NCBI GenBank assembly: GCA_002104945.1
Contig: MCFH01000030.1
Coordinates: forward strand, 434,001 to 498,000
DNA from: Piromyces finnis finn
Taxonomy: Eukaryota; Fungi; Neocallimastigomycota
DNA: 64,000 nt
Direction: 5' to 3'
Within the stretch, counting starts at the first letter, position 1. Each line of letters begins with the position of its first letter. The position numbers were made by a program, and so were the translations under genes. The notes under the pieces are model-generated. The model was not told where the DNA came from and searched no databases. It worked only from the letters and a program-made list of their open reading frames with translations. Below, one piece after another: positions 1-12,309 of the stretch.

Positions 1-848
1 ATAGAAAATTTCTAAGAAATATTATTTATATTCAATAATTAGAAAACACAATATATATATAAAACCAAATAAATTTCACTCTTAAAACCCAATACAACAG
101 TCCATTTTTCATTGATTTATACTAATTTACATATATAATTTTAACTTATTTTAATATATTTATTATTAAAAAATATATATATATTTATTTTATAAAATAA
201 AACCTTTATGTATATTTTCGATTTTCGTTTTGAAAAAATTATATAAATGCAGTTAAAAATTAATTTTTTATAAAAAAAAAGTTCATTTATTTTTTGTAAA
301 TATTTAAAAGTTAAAAATTCTATAAGCTTGCGCATTATTTAATATTACTACTTACATATATCATAAATAATATTATTCAATATACAAATATCCAATAGCT
401 CCTAAATTAATATTTATTATTATAAATAATTTATAAATAATTTTTATATAATAGAATATATTAATTTATTAAAACTCTATAAAAAAAAGTTAAACAATGA
501 AAAAAATATATTTATAAATTAAGTAGAAAAACAAACTTTATATTAAATATAATATTAATACTAAAAAACATATTAAACAATGTTTTCATACACTAAAATT
601 TAAATTAAAACAAAGAAATAGTATAAAATTTAAATATTTAAAACAAGAATAAATACTATATTAATTTACCAATAAATCCATATTATCGTATCAATTATTA
701 TAAAGTGGATAAAATATACAATATATTTATAGCCTAGATATTCAATATTTACATATATATTAGAAATTATTTTTATTTATTTTTATATCCTTATTACTAT
801 ATAACAATACAGACTATTATATCATATTTATTAAAATAAGTTATTAAT

Positions 849-3743
849 ATGGCTAAATTTAAGAAAATATTAAGTTTTTTAAAAGGCTCAAAAAAGAGAA
901 AGAGTGTGGTTATTCATGATAGTAAAACTATTCGCAATAATGAAATTAATATCGGAGGACTTGCTGGTAATGGTAATAGAAGATTTGGTACTACTACCGG
1001 AAGACCTATTGTAGGTAATGGTGGCCATTATGAACAATTTCTTTATATAGATGATGTTAAAAATGGTGGATTAAAAAAAAGAACTTTGTCGGTTGCCCCA
1101 TCTGTTGTTTCTTCATCAAATTATACTCAAACAGATCAAGAATTTTCTGAAACATTAAGTCATTTACGTTCTGAAAGCTCAAAGTTAAACCGTAATAGTA
1201 GTAAGCCGATAAGTTCTCGTAATAATAGCATTGGAAATACAGCTTTTAATAAAACACCTACTAATGGTAAGAAAGGTAATAAGTCTTTTATTCTTAGACA
1301 AGATCCTATTGAAGAAGAGAAAATTATAGTAGAAGTTAAAGATAACGATAAAGAAGAAATTGAAATTGATGAAGATGAACTAATAGCAGCTGTTCATGAA
1401 TTCGATAATGAAATAAAACGTAATTCGGGTGCAAGTCCAACCAGTATTCCAACTGAAAATGCCACATTTATTTTAAAGGAAGACAAAGAAGATGAAGATG
1501 GAAATCAATCATTTATTATTAAAAATATTAATGATGATATTCAAACTAAAAAATTATCTTTTATTATTTCTTCAACAAATTGTTTAGAAGATGTTGAAGA
1601 AGAAAGTGAAGAAAATCTTAATCAATCTGTTGAATCATATCTTTTATCAACTCCAAATCTTAATTATAATGATAATGAAGAGGACAATGATGTTAATATT
1701 AAGGTTGAGGGTATAGAAAATATGAAAAAAGATTATTTAGCTAATAATAAAGAATCATTGAATGATAAAAATATTAGTGCTAAAGAGAGTTTAATTCAAT
1801 TCCAACCCCCTGAATTCAGTATCACTAATGAAAAAGTATACAACTATCGTAATAATGATCTCATAAAGAAAATCTTTAAAAAGATTCCTCATGAAAATGG
1901 ACATAATGAAGTGTTGGATGAAGATGAAGAATTTAGTAGTATTCATAATAAGAGAAAAGTAAATTTCGTCCTTAATACTCATAAAGGAAATAGTAATGAT
2001 AATAATATTGGTGAAACTCTCACTAAGCAATTGAGTGTCAAGAGTTCTGATGCTGTTTTTTATAATCATACTCCTAAACCAATTCTTGTTTCTTCACCAA
2101 CTTTAAATAAATCTTCTACTATTTCTTCTCTTCCTGATACTAATACTATGATTAAAGAACATACCATTACAACTAAGTCATCTATTAATGATTTGGATAG
2201 TATAAGTATTATTTCAAATAAAAAATTATCTGATGAGGCATATCTACCAATGTCTAATAGAATAAATGAAAACATAAAACAAAGTAATTGTGCTTATACT
2301 AGTACTATTCCTTCTACAAATACTAGAAATATATACTATATGCCATTACCAAGACCATCCCAAGCTACTCTTTTAGATTTTGGCAATTCTGCTAAGAATT
2401 CGCCATCTCTTGTGCCAAAAAAATCAAATATATATAATCATACTAACCATTCACTTGGTAATTTCCCATCAACAAAGGAGATTTCTTCTTGTTCAAGACG
2501 CCATTTATGGAGTGAAAATCATTCTATCAAATCAAAAGAAAGTAATCTTTTTTCAGCTCCATTAAAAGCTTCTATTCCAATTGTAAAATCACCAAAGGAA
2601 GAACCAGTTTCATGTCTCTCCAATGCTAAAGTCAACCCTCGTAAAATAAACAATATTCCATCAATAAATACTCCATTTATAGCTTCTTCTCATTATGAAA
2701 CTCCAAAAAGTAAGAAAGAAAAAACATGTAGTCCATATACATCAAATAAAACCGAAACTCAATCTACTTTAACTGAAATATCTTCATATAACAGTTTCTT
2801 TTCTGATATCCAAAAAGATGATATTTCAAGAATTTCCAAGGATAAACAATATCTTCATTCCATAAATATTTCAATTAAAAAGGATGAAAATGATGATATT
2901 ATTGATTGTCATAGTAATAGTTCAATTACTTCTAATAATGGAGAAAGTTCCTTTGCCTATGGAAATTATAACGAGAAATTAAGTAAAAGTCGAGAAGAAA
3001 GTTTAAGAAATGTGAAGGAATATGTAAAATCGTTGGATGAAAAGCGAGATAGTGATTCTCTCTTTTCAACTCCGTTAGCTTATCGTAAAAGGTATGAAAA
3101 ATATGGATCTTTAAGATCAAGAACAAGTAATAAGAGTTATGGAATTAGAAATAGCAGTTTTTCAACTATTAATGGTTCATTAAAGTCTTCTAACGCATTA
3201 AAATCAAAACATTCTTCACAATCTAATAAATCTGACGCTACTGAAAATTCTTCCATAACTGAATATTCTAACTTTTCTGAACATAATTCCTCCTTCTCTA
3301 TCAATACAAATTCAACAAACAGAACTGCTCCAACTCAAAATTCAATATATTCAAGAGATTACTGTATTAATCCCAAAAAATATAATCCGAATAAGCATTT
3401 ACCTCTTTCATCTACTCATAAAATTGAAGGAGAAGACGTTAAAAGAAAAGAAAAATTCAATAGCGACTCAACTATTGTTAGTTCATATAATAAAAAATAT
3501 AATATTAAATCAACACCACCAATGAAACAAGGAAAACACCAAAATTCTTCATCTATTTCATCTGCATCCACATTAGCCTGTTCACCTTTACCAGGTCCAC
3601 GTTCATTATTAAATAATAGTAACAATTTAAATAAATTATCTTTAGTAGCTTCTGACAGTAATTACTTTGATGATTTTATGAAGGATTTAAACAATATGAG
3701 TTTAAACGATTTAATTTCTAAATATGAACAAAAAACTGAGTAA
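849..3743 (+). CDS. Hypothetical low-complexity Ser/Asn/Lys-rich protein (964 aa), probably largely disordered
   Basis: Uninterrupted 2.9-kb ORF from ATG to TAA, with GC clearly above the flanking DNA. No recognisable domain. Confidence 0.75.
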   Translation: MAKFKKILSFLKGSKKRKSVVIHDSKTIRNNEINIGGLAGNGNRRFGTTTGRPIVGNGGHYEQFLYIDDVKNGGLKKRTLSVAPSVVSSSNYTQTDQEFSETLSHLRSESSKLNRNSSKPISSRNNSIGNTAFNKTPTNGKKGNKSFILRQDPIEEEKIIVEVKDNDKEEIEIDEDELIAAVHEFDNEIKRNSGASPTSIPTENATFILKEDKEDEDGNQSFIIKNINDDIQTKKLSFIISSTNCLEDVEEESEENLNQSVESYLLSTPNLNYNDNEEDNDVNIKVEGIENMKKDYLANNKESLNDKNISAKESLIQFQPPEFSITNEKVYNYRNNDLIKKIFKKIPHENGHNEVLDEDEEFSSIHNKRKVNFVLNTHKGNSNDNNIGETLTKQLSVKSSDAVFYNHTPKPILVSSPTLNKSSTISSLPDTNTMIKEHTITTKSSINDLDSISIISNKKLSDEAYLPMSNRINENIKQSNCAYTSTIPSTNTRNIYYMPLPRPSQATLLDFGNSAKNSPSLVPKKSNIYNHTNHSLGNFPSTKEISSCSRRHLWSENHSIKSKESNLFSAPLKASIPIVKSPKEEPVSCLSNAKVNPRKINNIPSINTPFIASSHYETPKSKKEKTCSPYTSNKTETQSTLTEISSYNSFFSDIQKDDISRISKDKQYLHSINISIKKDENDDIIDCHSNSSITSNNGESSFAYGNYNEKLSKSREESLRNVKEYVKSLDEKRDSDSLFSTPLAYRKRYEKYGSLRSRTSNKSYGIRNSSFSTINGSLKSSNALKSKHSSQSNKSDATENSSITEYSNFSEHNSSFSINTNSTNRTAPTQNSIYSRDYCINPKKYNPNKHLPLSSTHKIEGEDVKRKEKFNSDSTIVSSYNKKYNIKSTPPMKQGKHQNSSSISSASTLACSPLPGPRSLLNNSNNLNKLSLVASDSNYFDDFMKDLNNMSLNDLISKYEQKTE

Positions 3744-6700
3744 ATGAAAAAAAAAAAGAACAGGGATACCATTGAGTATATAAATAACACACAATAAAGA
3801 TATAATTTATAATATTATCAGATATATAGTCATTGTAATTCTTTTATTAATAAGTTCATAACTCATAAAATCATATCAGAATTTATTTTAGCAATACGAT
3901 ATGAACCAAACAACCTACAAAAATGAGAACAGTAATATTAAGCGAAGATAATATATTTTATTATTTTCCAATACTTTTTTTTTTTAAAATCATCAATCAT
4001 TTTCATTTATATATATTATATTATATATTATTCAGGTATTAATATATACTAATTAATTTAAGCATATTTTTATTTATAAATATATTTATCAACATTTATA
4101 TTTAATTTTTTTTTTTTTTTTACAAAAAAAAAAAAAAAAAAAAAAAAGCTTTATAATAATTCATCATAAAATATTATCCCATTTAAATATATATATAAAA
4201 TTAACATTCATATTTTAGATATATTATTTAACAGTAAAAAAAAAGTTAAAAAAAAAAATTAGAAAAAATTAAATTTTATATAAAAAAGTTTTGAGAAACA
4301 ATAATTGTTAACACCAAATATAAAAACTAGACAAATATTATTGAATATAAATTAATGTTTAAATTCAATAATGTTAAAAATGATATATAGTTAAAAAGTA
4401 TTAGAAACAAAATAAGTGACAAAATTACAATGAAAATGAAGATATAAATAGCAAATTATAAATAATAAATGATAATTCATATTAAAACAATACTTTATAT
4501 TAGTATTGTTTTTTAATTGTTTATTAATTTTATCATTTATTATTATAAATGATTTATAAACTAATTTAAAATGACAACATTTAACAATAGAATCAAAGAA
4601 ATGAATTTAATTTAATTTACTGTCAAAGTAAATTAAATAATAAGAGTATTAAATAAAAGAGATACTCTTAAAAATATAAAGTATCTATATGTTTATTATA
4701 AAATTTAAAAAAAAAAAAAAAAAGAAAAAATAATAAATAAACTTCATATCTTAAAAACAAAAAATAAAATAGAATGTTAATGGATTATTATGAGTTTTTT
4801 TTTTTTTTTTTTTTTTTATAAACATATTATATATATATATATATATTATTATTATTATTATTTAATAATTATAGCATTAATGTTGTATTTATTTTTATAT
4901 ATTATATATATTATATATTATAGGAATAACAATCAATAATCAAAGGGAAAACAGAACGTAGAAAACCTATTCTCATTTTACAACTAATTTTAAGTTTATA
5001 GCTTTTTTTTATTATCAACTTTTTTGCACATACGCTTCTTTTAATATTTCTTTCTCTTTTTTTATTATTTTTTTAAAATAGAAAGAAAGAAAGAAATAAC
5101 ATAATCCATTGCGCAATTTAATATATAATTATTATTATCTATCTTAACTATCTAAATATAAACAACAACAAAATATATATATATATATATATAATTATTA
5201 ATTCGTATATTAATTCTAAAAAAAAAAAAAAATACTCTTTCTCATGTACAAACATCATCAAATTCTCAAACGTTGATTAAATCAAACTCATTAACAGGCA
5301 CATTCGCAGTTTATCTTTAGCATATTTTAAATATTATAATATTATTTTTTAAAGAAAAATGATTTTCTTTTTATTTTTTTTTTCGTTATTAAAATTTAAA
5401 AAAAAAAAAAAAGTTATAATATTTAAAATATCATTTTAATATATTTCACTTTTTTGCTAGCGCACTATTTTTATATAAAAATATTCTCTTTTAGCTTACG
5501 CACTTTTAAAAATTTTAGTAATTACTATTAGTATAATAATATAAAAAAAAATAGATGAATATATGTAGTAATTTTTTTATTATGTATTAATCAAAAATCA
5601 CAAATATAATAAAATTATTTTATATATTTATAAAAAAAAATTATTAATAAGATGTAAAGAATTAAACATTTGAATAATAAGTGTATATATATAACAAATA
5701 TTTTAAATTAATTTTTTATAAAAAGAGATGAAAAAAAAATAGTTAATCAATAGTTGAATTTTAAACAAGAACCTTTAACCATTAAATTAAAACATAAACG
5801 TTGATTTATACTTTTCTCGACTTTTATTCAAAAAGAAGAAAAATCGAAAGTATTCCATTATATAAGCAATAATTCTAATGAACAATTTAACCAAACCAAA
5901 TCATTAATCATAGCAACAATTTTTTTTTTTTTTTGGTATGAAATACCTCTTGAATAATAACATGAAAATGATTTATTTTCATTGAGTTCCCTTCCAACTA
6001 CTTTCGTAATTTTAAAATAGATATTAAATGACAGCTTTCATTATTTTCATAATCAGAAAAATGAATCTTTAAAAAAAGAAAAATAAATTTTTATAAATCA
6101 AAGAGGGTTAAGTTTAATAATTAATAATCAATATAAAATGTAAAAAAGACATAGATATAGTCATATATATTATATAAAAATAAAAATAAAATAAATAATA
6201 AAAGAAAAGTAAAACTATTAAAAAGTAATTATAAAAATAGGTAATTTATTGATGGATGATAATTTGCAATTAATTTATGTATCATTTATTACATTTATTA
6301 CAATACTCAATTCTTATATTAATTAGAGTTTGTTGCTGTTATGAAAATACTAAAAGAATTATTGTTTTTATTGCTAGAAATATAGTTACACCTGATTAAC
6401 CTCGTATCTATTCATGTTGCCCATGTTACAGTAATGATAATTATGATTTTGTTATACCTTTTTTATATATATTAAATAAATTTAAAGTTTAAAATTCTAT
6501 TTATACCATTTATAGTTGAGGAAAATCCTCTAGAGTTAATGCGAGACGAATTTTAAATTTATATTTAAAAGAAAAAAAAAGTTTTGAAAATAATATATTA
6601 ACATAATTATTGAAATCAAAATCATATTGAAATATTTTTTATAATATTTCATAAATATTATAACAATTACCTAATATATATATAATTTTTTCCAAAAAAC

Positions 6701-7396
6701 TCGTTTTTTGGAAATTTTCCTGGCTAAAAGTCTGGTAGAGATCGAATTTCTTCTGGCTAAAAAATTGGCTAAGATCGTCAAAAATCCAGGATAAATACTA
6801 ATATTTTTCTTTATACTTTCTTTTATTTATATAATAATAGTGCTAATAATTAAAATAAAAAAAAACTATTTTGATTAAAAATTATTAAAGTCATAGTTAA
6901 GCATTAATTAATCTAAAGATAATATATATAGATTTTATATTCTCACTCTATTTCTTTATTATTAATTAAATAAAAATAATAGAAAAAAAAGTATAGTAAA
7001 TTATTTGATTTCTAAAATATTTATTCATTTATTTTTGAACTGATTTATATTAAAAATATTTAATAATTTTAAAGTTTAAAGCAAAAATTCTATTTGTGAT
7101 TAAGGAAATTTTGTGTAACATAAGGGTTTATTAAAACAAAAAACAACGAAAAAACAAGGTTGAAAAAAAAAAAAAAAAAACTTCAACAAAAATAAAAATA
7201 TTGCTTCTTTTAAATTTAAATTTAAATTTAAAAAGCTTTGAAAATAAATAAACTAATTTTATTATTGAAATATTAAAAACATAGTAAATATTTTTAATAA
7301 AAATTCATAAATAATATCTTATAAATAGTATAATAATTTCAAACAAACAAAAACAAACAAAAAAAAAAAAAAAAATAAAATAAATATAAATTTAAA

Positions 7397-8445
7397 ATGA
7401 AGAAATCAAGTTTTATACTATTAATACTATTAATCTATATTAAAAGCATTTTGTGTGAAATGAATATTACCTATGGAGATATTGAAGAAGATAAACTGTA
7501 AATATTATTTATATATAAGTACTATTAATAAATTAATAATATTAATAATATATATTATACTTTATATGAGAAAGAGTAATTAATTTGATAATTACGCTAG
7601 ACTTATTTTTCATAAAACAAAATATAAATTATAAATTTAAATAATTTCATTTTCAAAATTTCAATTATTATTAAATAATTAATAATTAAAACTATATTCT
7701 TTTTATTTATTTATTTTATAAATATTGTGTAAATATTTAAGAGGTCAAATTGATAATAGTAATGCTAAAAAAATTGCATCTATAACTAAATACAAAGAAT
7801 ATATATGTCCTGGAAAAAAAAAAAAAAACTTTTTTTTCGGTTTTGATTATGATAAGGATTGTGTTGGAGTAGGGAATCCAAATTATATAATACCAATAAG
7901 TTTCGGTAAGGATAAATTTGATGGTGTATTCCCATATATTACTACATTAGAAGGTTTTGAAAATAATAAAAATGGATCGATTATTGAAGCGTGCAATATA
8001 AATAATTTTAAAGATAAAAAGTGTCAAACAAGAAAATGTGCTGTTAATGAAGATTGTTTTTCAGGCCTATGTCAAGAAAGTTGTTGTATTACTAATCCAG
8101 ATAATATTCTTTATGATTGTTATAGAGATAGTTAATGATAGTAGTGAAATGGAATGCAAAAAATATTTACAAGAGAAATGTTCCTTTCAATTTAATTGTG
8201 CTGGTAGATGTAAAGATTCTGTTTGTTCTTATCTTAACAAATATTCAAAGAATAAGGCATTATATTCCTTAATAATATCAATAATATTAGATATATTTAT
8301 AATCATCATTTTAATATATGATAAAGGAATTGATGATATTGAATATATCCTTTATATTAATATTATTATTTTCATAATTACTTATGGAATTATTTATGGA
8401 ATAGTATGGACAATAATGTCAATAAAAGCACATTACTATGAATAA
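7397..8445 (+). pseudogene. Signal-peptide, Cys-rich protein with two C-terminal TM segments, broken by a frameshift near 8130 (pseudogene or assembly error)
   Basis: ATG at 7397 gives MKKSSFILLILLIYIKSILCE (signal-like). A GT..AG intron at 7498-7741 joins in frame to the 7725 ORF (KCAVNEDCFSGLCQESCCITN). The Cys-rich pattern (MECKKYLQEKCSFQFNCAGRCKDSVC) and hydrophobic tail continue in the +1 frame to 8445. Confidence 0.6.
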
Positions 8446-8643
8446 AAATTATCAAAATTAATTAAAAGTTAATTAATCTAGAGAAAATATAATTAATTAT
8501 ATATACTACAACTAAGATATCAAATTATCAAAATAAAGAAGAAAAAAAAAATTAATAATAAAAACTAGAATTAACTCTGTTCAATCCCTTATATAAAATT
8601 TAATATGGGAAATGAATTGTAACAATTAATAATAAATGAAATA

Positions 8644-8678
<35 letters not shown>

Positions 8679-8854
8679 CATATCATATATTTATTTTGTA
8701 ATCGTTTATTTAATTTAAGGATAGAATTATATAAATATTAACTTTTAAAAATAATTTATTTGTAAATTAGGATAATCTTTATATAATACAACAATTTAGT
8801 ACCAAAATTATAGCATTCATATACAAATATACAAAATTTTGCCATATAATCAAT

Positions 8855-8926
<72 letters not shown>
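8855..8926. repeat. (AAT)n/(ATT)n microsatellite, back to back
   Basis: A taataa run is directly followed by an attatt run. Confidence 0.85.
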
Positions 8927-8928
<2 letters not shown>

Positions 8929-9285
8929 TTTTTGTTTAATAGTTTTAGATTTTATTACTATATAAGTAAATACGTTAAAAAAACAAAATAGGTATATGTA
9001 AAAAAAAATTATATGAAAATTTTATATATATATATATGAGTTTATCCAAAAAATGAAAAAGTATAAATGAAAATAAAAATAAAAATAAAAATAAAAATGA
9101 TTAAAAACGATATAAATGACGAAAAAAAAAAAATATTAATTTTTTTTTTTTTTTCTAAGAAATAATATTGAAATAAAAACGAAAAATATAGTTTTGTATA
9201 AAAATTTCTTTAACATAAAATTTCGATTAATAATATATTATATATATATAAATTAAATTTAACAAGCCATTGAGGGTATTAAATA

Positions 9286-12200
9286 TTACATAATAGTACA
9301 GAGGTCTTCTTCCTCATTTTCCTTAATTGGTTGTGATGCCATTTCTTTCTCATCTTCTAATTCTTGCTGATGGGTAATTTCCTTTAATTGTCTCTTTCTA
9401 GCTCTAATTTCTCTTGGGAAATCCGTTGTTAGTATATTCAAAAGTTTTTTATCTAGATTTTTAGAGGTAGCATTTTTTACAGCATCTTTAGCACGACATA
9501 CCGGACAATTATCTAAATTCTTTTTTTGAGCTTTAATTAAACATTTCAAACAGAAAAGATGGTTACAATTTAATCGAATTGGTTTATAAGCCAATTCCTG
9601 ACAAATTGGACAAGAATACTTTTCTGGGTCTGGAATGATACCTAATAAATCGTTTGTAATTTCATAGGTTATACATTTGTTAATGCTATCTGAGAAAAAG
9701 TCGGTTGAAACGAAACATGGAAGACCTTCACAAGCATTTAATTTTGTATCTTTATCATGATTACTTAATATCATATAAAGGGCTGTTTGGTTAATTGAAT
9801 AGAATTGCTTTAAAACAATAGTATCGTGATTTAATTTTATAAACTGATCAAAAACAAGCTTAGAGTCTTCCATTTTGAATTTTTTGGTAATACTTTCGGA
9901 TTTAGTTTTGAAAAGTTCAAGTCTTTCCGTAGCTTGTTGCCATGTTGTTGTCTTACCATTATAAGTCCAAAGATCGGTTTCTCTATATAAACGACTAAGA
10001 TTACGCCATGGATAAGTGTCGAGCTTACCTGGAGTAGAAACCTCTTTAAGCATTTTCTTAATTGCATTAATGTTGGTTTCAAATAAGGATTTGCAGTCCT
10101 TCTCAAAGATTGTGAGATTTTTAAAAATAGCCATCATTTTATTTAAGAAAGAAGTATCAGATTCTAATAAAATTTCTACTCTTTTTTCATTATTATTTTG
10201 TGGCATAATACATTGATGTTCTGATTCATTCAAATGATAATTTGGAGAAAAAGATTCATTTTCTATCACACATTCAAGAGAATGAGTAGAATTTTTAGAA
10301 AACTTTTTAAATGGATTTTTGATGTGATACGAGAAACTATGACTTTTTGTTTTCCTTATATAAATACTATTATTATTGTCAATATCATAACAACTAGAAC
10401 TACGTTTTTTGTAAAAACTAGACAAGTTACTCTTTAATGAACGACTTTCATCTATGGAGATGTTATCCATACTTTTAATATGATTACATGACTTTGATCT
10501 TTTGAAGAGATTAGTAAGAGAGGCTCTTTTCTTTGGTTTATAAATAGATTGTGGTTCCATATAGAAATTTAAGGTATCGGTTGATGAATTTTGTGAGTCT
10601 GGAAATGGAAATTTGGCAATATGTGATTCGGTCTTTGGTTGTTCAACAACGCTTCTAATAGGTCCATCATTATTTACTACCTTGCAACTCTTAACTTCAG
10701 GAGAATTTTTAGCTGTGTTTATAGAAGAGTATGAAGATTGGCGTGAATAAGATGACATGTTTTTTTCATCTTCCTGGGGAGATGAATTAGAAGCTGCTGT
10801 ACTATTATTATTTTCTAATTTTGTTTCTAATTTTTTCTGGCTCTCATTTTTATTGATATCATCAGATTGTTGATCCTCTGGAATGATAGAAAAGGTATAG
10901 TAGGAATAAAGAGGTATTTCTATATAATCTTTATTACAAAGCCTATTTACAACATTGTTTTCAGTACCATAGATATTACATTGATCATATACTGGTATAT
11001 TTTCCAGAGAAGAAGACAATGATAATTTACCTTCAAAACAGCTATTACTACTATTACTTCTACGAAAAGAGGCTAATTTTTTGTTATTGAATAAAGAGAC
11101 AAACTTTTCTTTGGTAATACCATCATCTATATTATATTCAGATAGTCTTTTTTGAATAATGGAAGCACGTTTCTTGACATTTTCTGCACTATCACCCATC
11201 AAAGCAACTGGGTCTGGTTCAATTTCCTTATCTTTTGAAGGTTTTTCTTCTGAAGAAACTGGAAGAATAATAGAAACTTCTTCATCTTCTTCAGATTCAT
11301 ACATATCATCATATTCATTTTCTTGTTCAGAATCATCCGAATCGAAAGAAATAGAATCTTGATGTTGAGTATTTCCAAGCATATTTTCATTAAATTTGAC
11401 TACTGTTAAACTTTGACTTTTTCTTATAATATCAATGTCACTTGGAATAGCTATACTATTTGAATTTTTTCTTGTACCATTATCTGGAGTATTACTTATT
11501 GGACTTTGAATAATGTTTTCCAATATTTTATTTTCTTCCGAGTTTGGATCTTTTAAACTTTCTCTAATCATATCAAAATGAATTTGATCAATTTTTATTT
11601 CTTCAGTTATTTCTTTTGGTTCATTTTCAAAAATTTCATTATTTTGACCTATAATTTCATCTAATAATTTTCGGACATCAAGATCATTTGGATTTACTTT
11701 ATTTATACTTATGATTAAACTTGATCTTATTTGATTTTTTCCATCTTCTTTTTCAACTTCTTTTAATGCATAGAAAATTTGATAGTATTTTAAAGTAAGA
11801 CCTTTAATAATTTCTTCTTTATTATTTGCATTATTAATAAAATTTACTAATTTAGCTTGACTTTCTTTTAATTCCTTTTCTAAATCGTCTTTAAAGTTGT
11901 AATGGGTATATTTTTCATTTACTGAAGTTTCAGTACTAGTTTCATTATTAACTTCTTTTTTTAACTTTGGTGATAATTCATTAGTATTATAAACTTCCAA
12001 TACTTCATTATTATTTTTTTCCATTGGAATAAACATGTTTTTATCATCGAAAACCTCCGTCACTGTATTTTCATTAATTACAACTTTATTCTTTTTAAAA
12101 ATTTCTCTAATATGATTATCAATGTTACTTTTCATGCCATTTTCCATAATTAGATGAATATGCTTTTCTAAATCAAAAATACCTGTTTTATTAAGTTTTT

Positions 12201-12309
12201 CGGTAACTTCATCGATACCTGTTTTTAATGTCTTATAATCAATAACATTATTTCTGTATTGAGAAGGTAAATTACTTTTTAAACTATCAAGCGTTTCTGA
12301 AAATTCCAT
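9286..12309 (-). CDS. SPX-domain RING-finger E3 ubiquitin ligase (plant NLA / fission yeast Pqr1-like architecture) with a long low-complexity insert splitting the SPX domain
   Basis: The N-terminus MEFSETL..VIDYKTLK matches SPX helices 1-2. FYSINQTALYMILSNHDK matches the SPX C-terminal helix. CPICQELAYKPIRLNCNHLFCLKCL...CPVCR is a C3HC4 RING. Confidence 0.88.
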   Translation of the reverse strand: MEFSETLDSLKSNLPSQYRNNVIDYKTLKTGIDEVTEKLNKTGIFDLEKHIHLIMENGMKSNIDNHIREIFKKNKVVINENTVTEVFDDKNMFIPMEKNNNEVLEVYNTNELSPKLKKEVNNETSTETSVNEKYTHYNFKDDLEKELKESQAKLVNFINNANNKEEIIKGLTLKYYQIFYALKEVEKEDGKNQIRSSLIISINKVNPNDLDVRKLLDEIIGQNNEIFENEPKEITEEIKIDQIHFDMIRESLKDPNSEENKILENIIQSPISNTPDNGTRKNSNSIAIPSDIDIIRKSQSLTVVKFNENMLGNTQHQDSISFDSDDSEQENEYDDMYESEEDEEVSIILPVSSEEKPSKDKEIEPDPVALMGDSAENVKKRASIIQKRLSEYNIDDGITKEKFVSLFNNKKLASFRRSNSSNSCFEGKLSLSSSLENIPVYDQCNIYGTENNVVNRLCNKDYIEIPLYSYYTFSIIPEDQQSDDINKNESQKKLETKLENNNSTAASNSSPQEDEKNMSSYSRQSSYSSINTAKNSPEVKSCKVVNNDGPIRSVVEQPKTESHIAKFPFPDSQNSSTDTLNFYMEPQSIYKPKKRASLTNLFKRSKSCNHIKSMDNISIDESRSLKSNLSSFYKKRSSSCYDIDNNNSIYIRKTKSHSFSYHIKNPFKKFSKNSTHSLECVIENESFSPNYHLNESEHQCIMPQNNNEKRVEILLESDTSFLNKMMAIFKNLTIFEKDCKSLFETNINAIKKMLKEVSTPGKLDTYPWRNLSRLYRETDLWTYNGKTTTWQQATERLELFKTKSESITKKFKMEDSKLVFDQFIKLNHDTIVLKQFYSINQTALYMILSNHDKDTKLNACEGLPCFVSTDFFSDSINKCITYEITNDLLGIIPDPEKYSCPICQELAYKPIRLNCNHLFCLKCLIKAQKKNLDNCPVCRAKDAVKNATSKNLDKKLLNILTTDFPREIRARKRQLKEITHQQELEDEKEMASQPIKENEEEDLCTIM

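Noticed and set aside
141-335. Short ORF, along with similar short ORFs antisense to or overlapping the long CDSs (e.g. 1791-2275, 19917-20102, 50324-50566, 57314-58258, 60194-60541)
   Set aside because: Shadow or compositional ORFs typical of AT-rich DNA, with no motifs.
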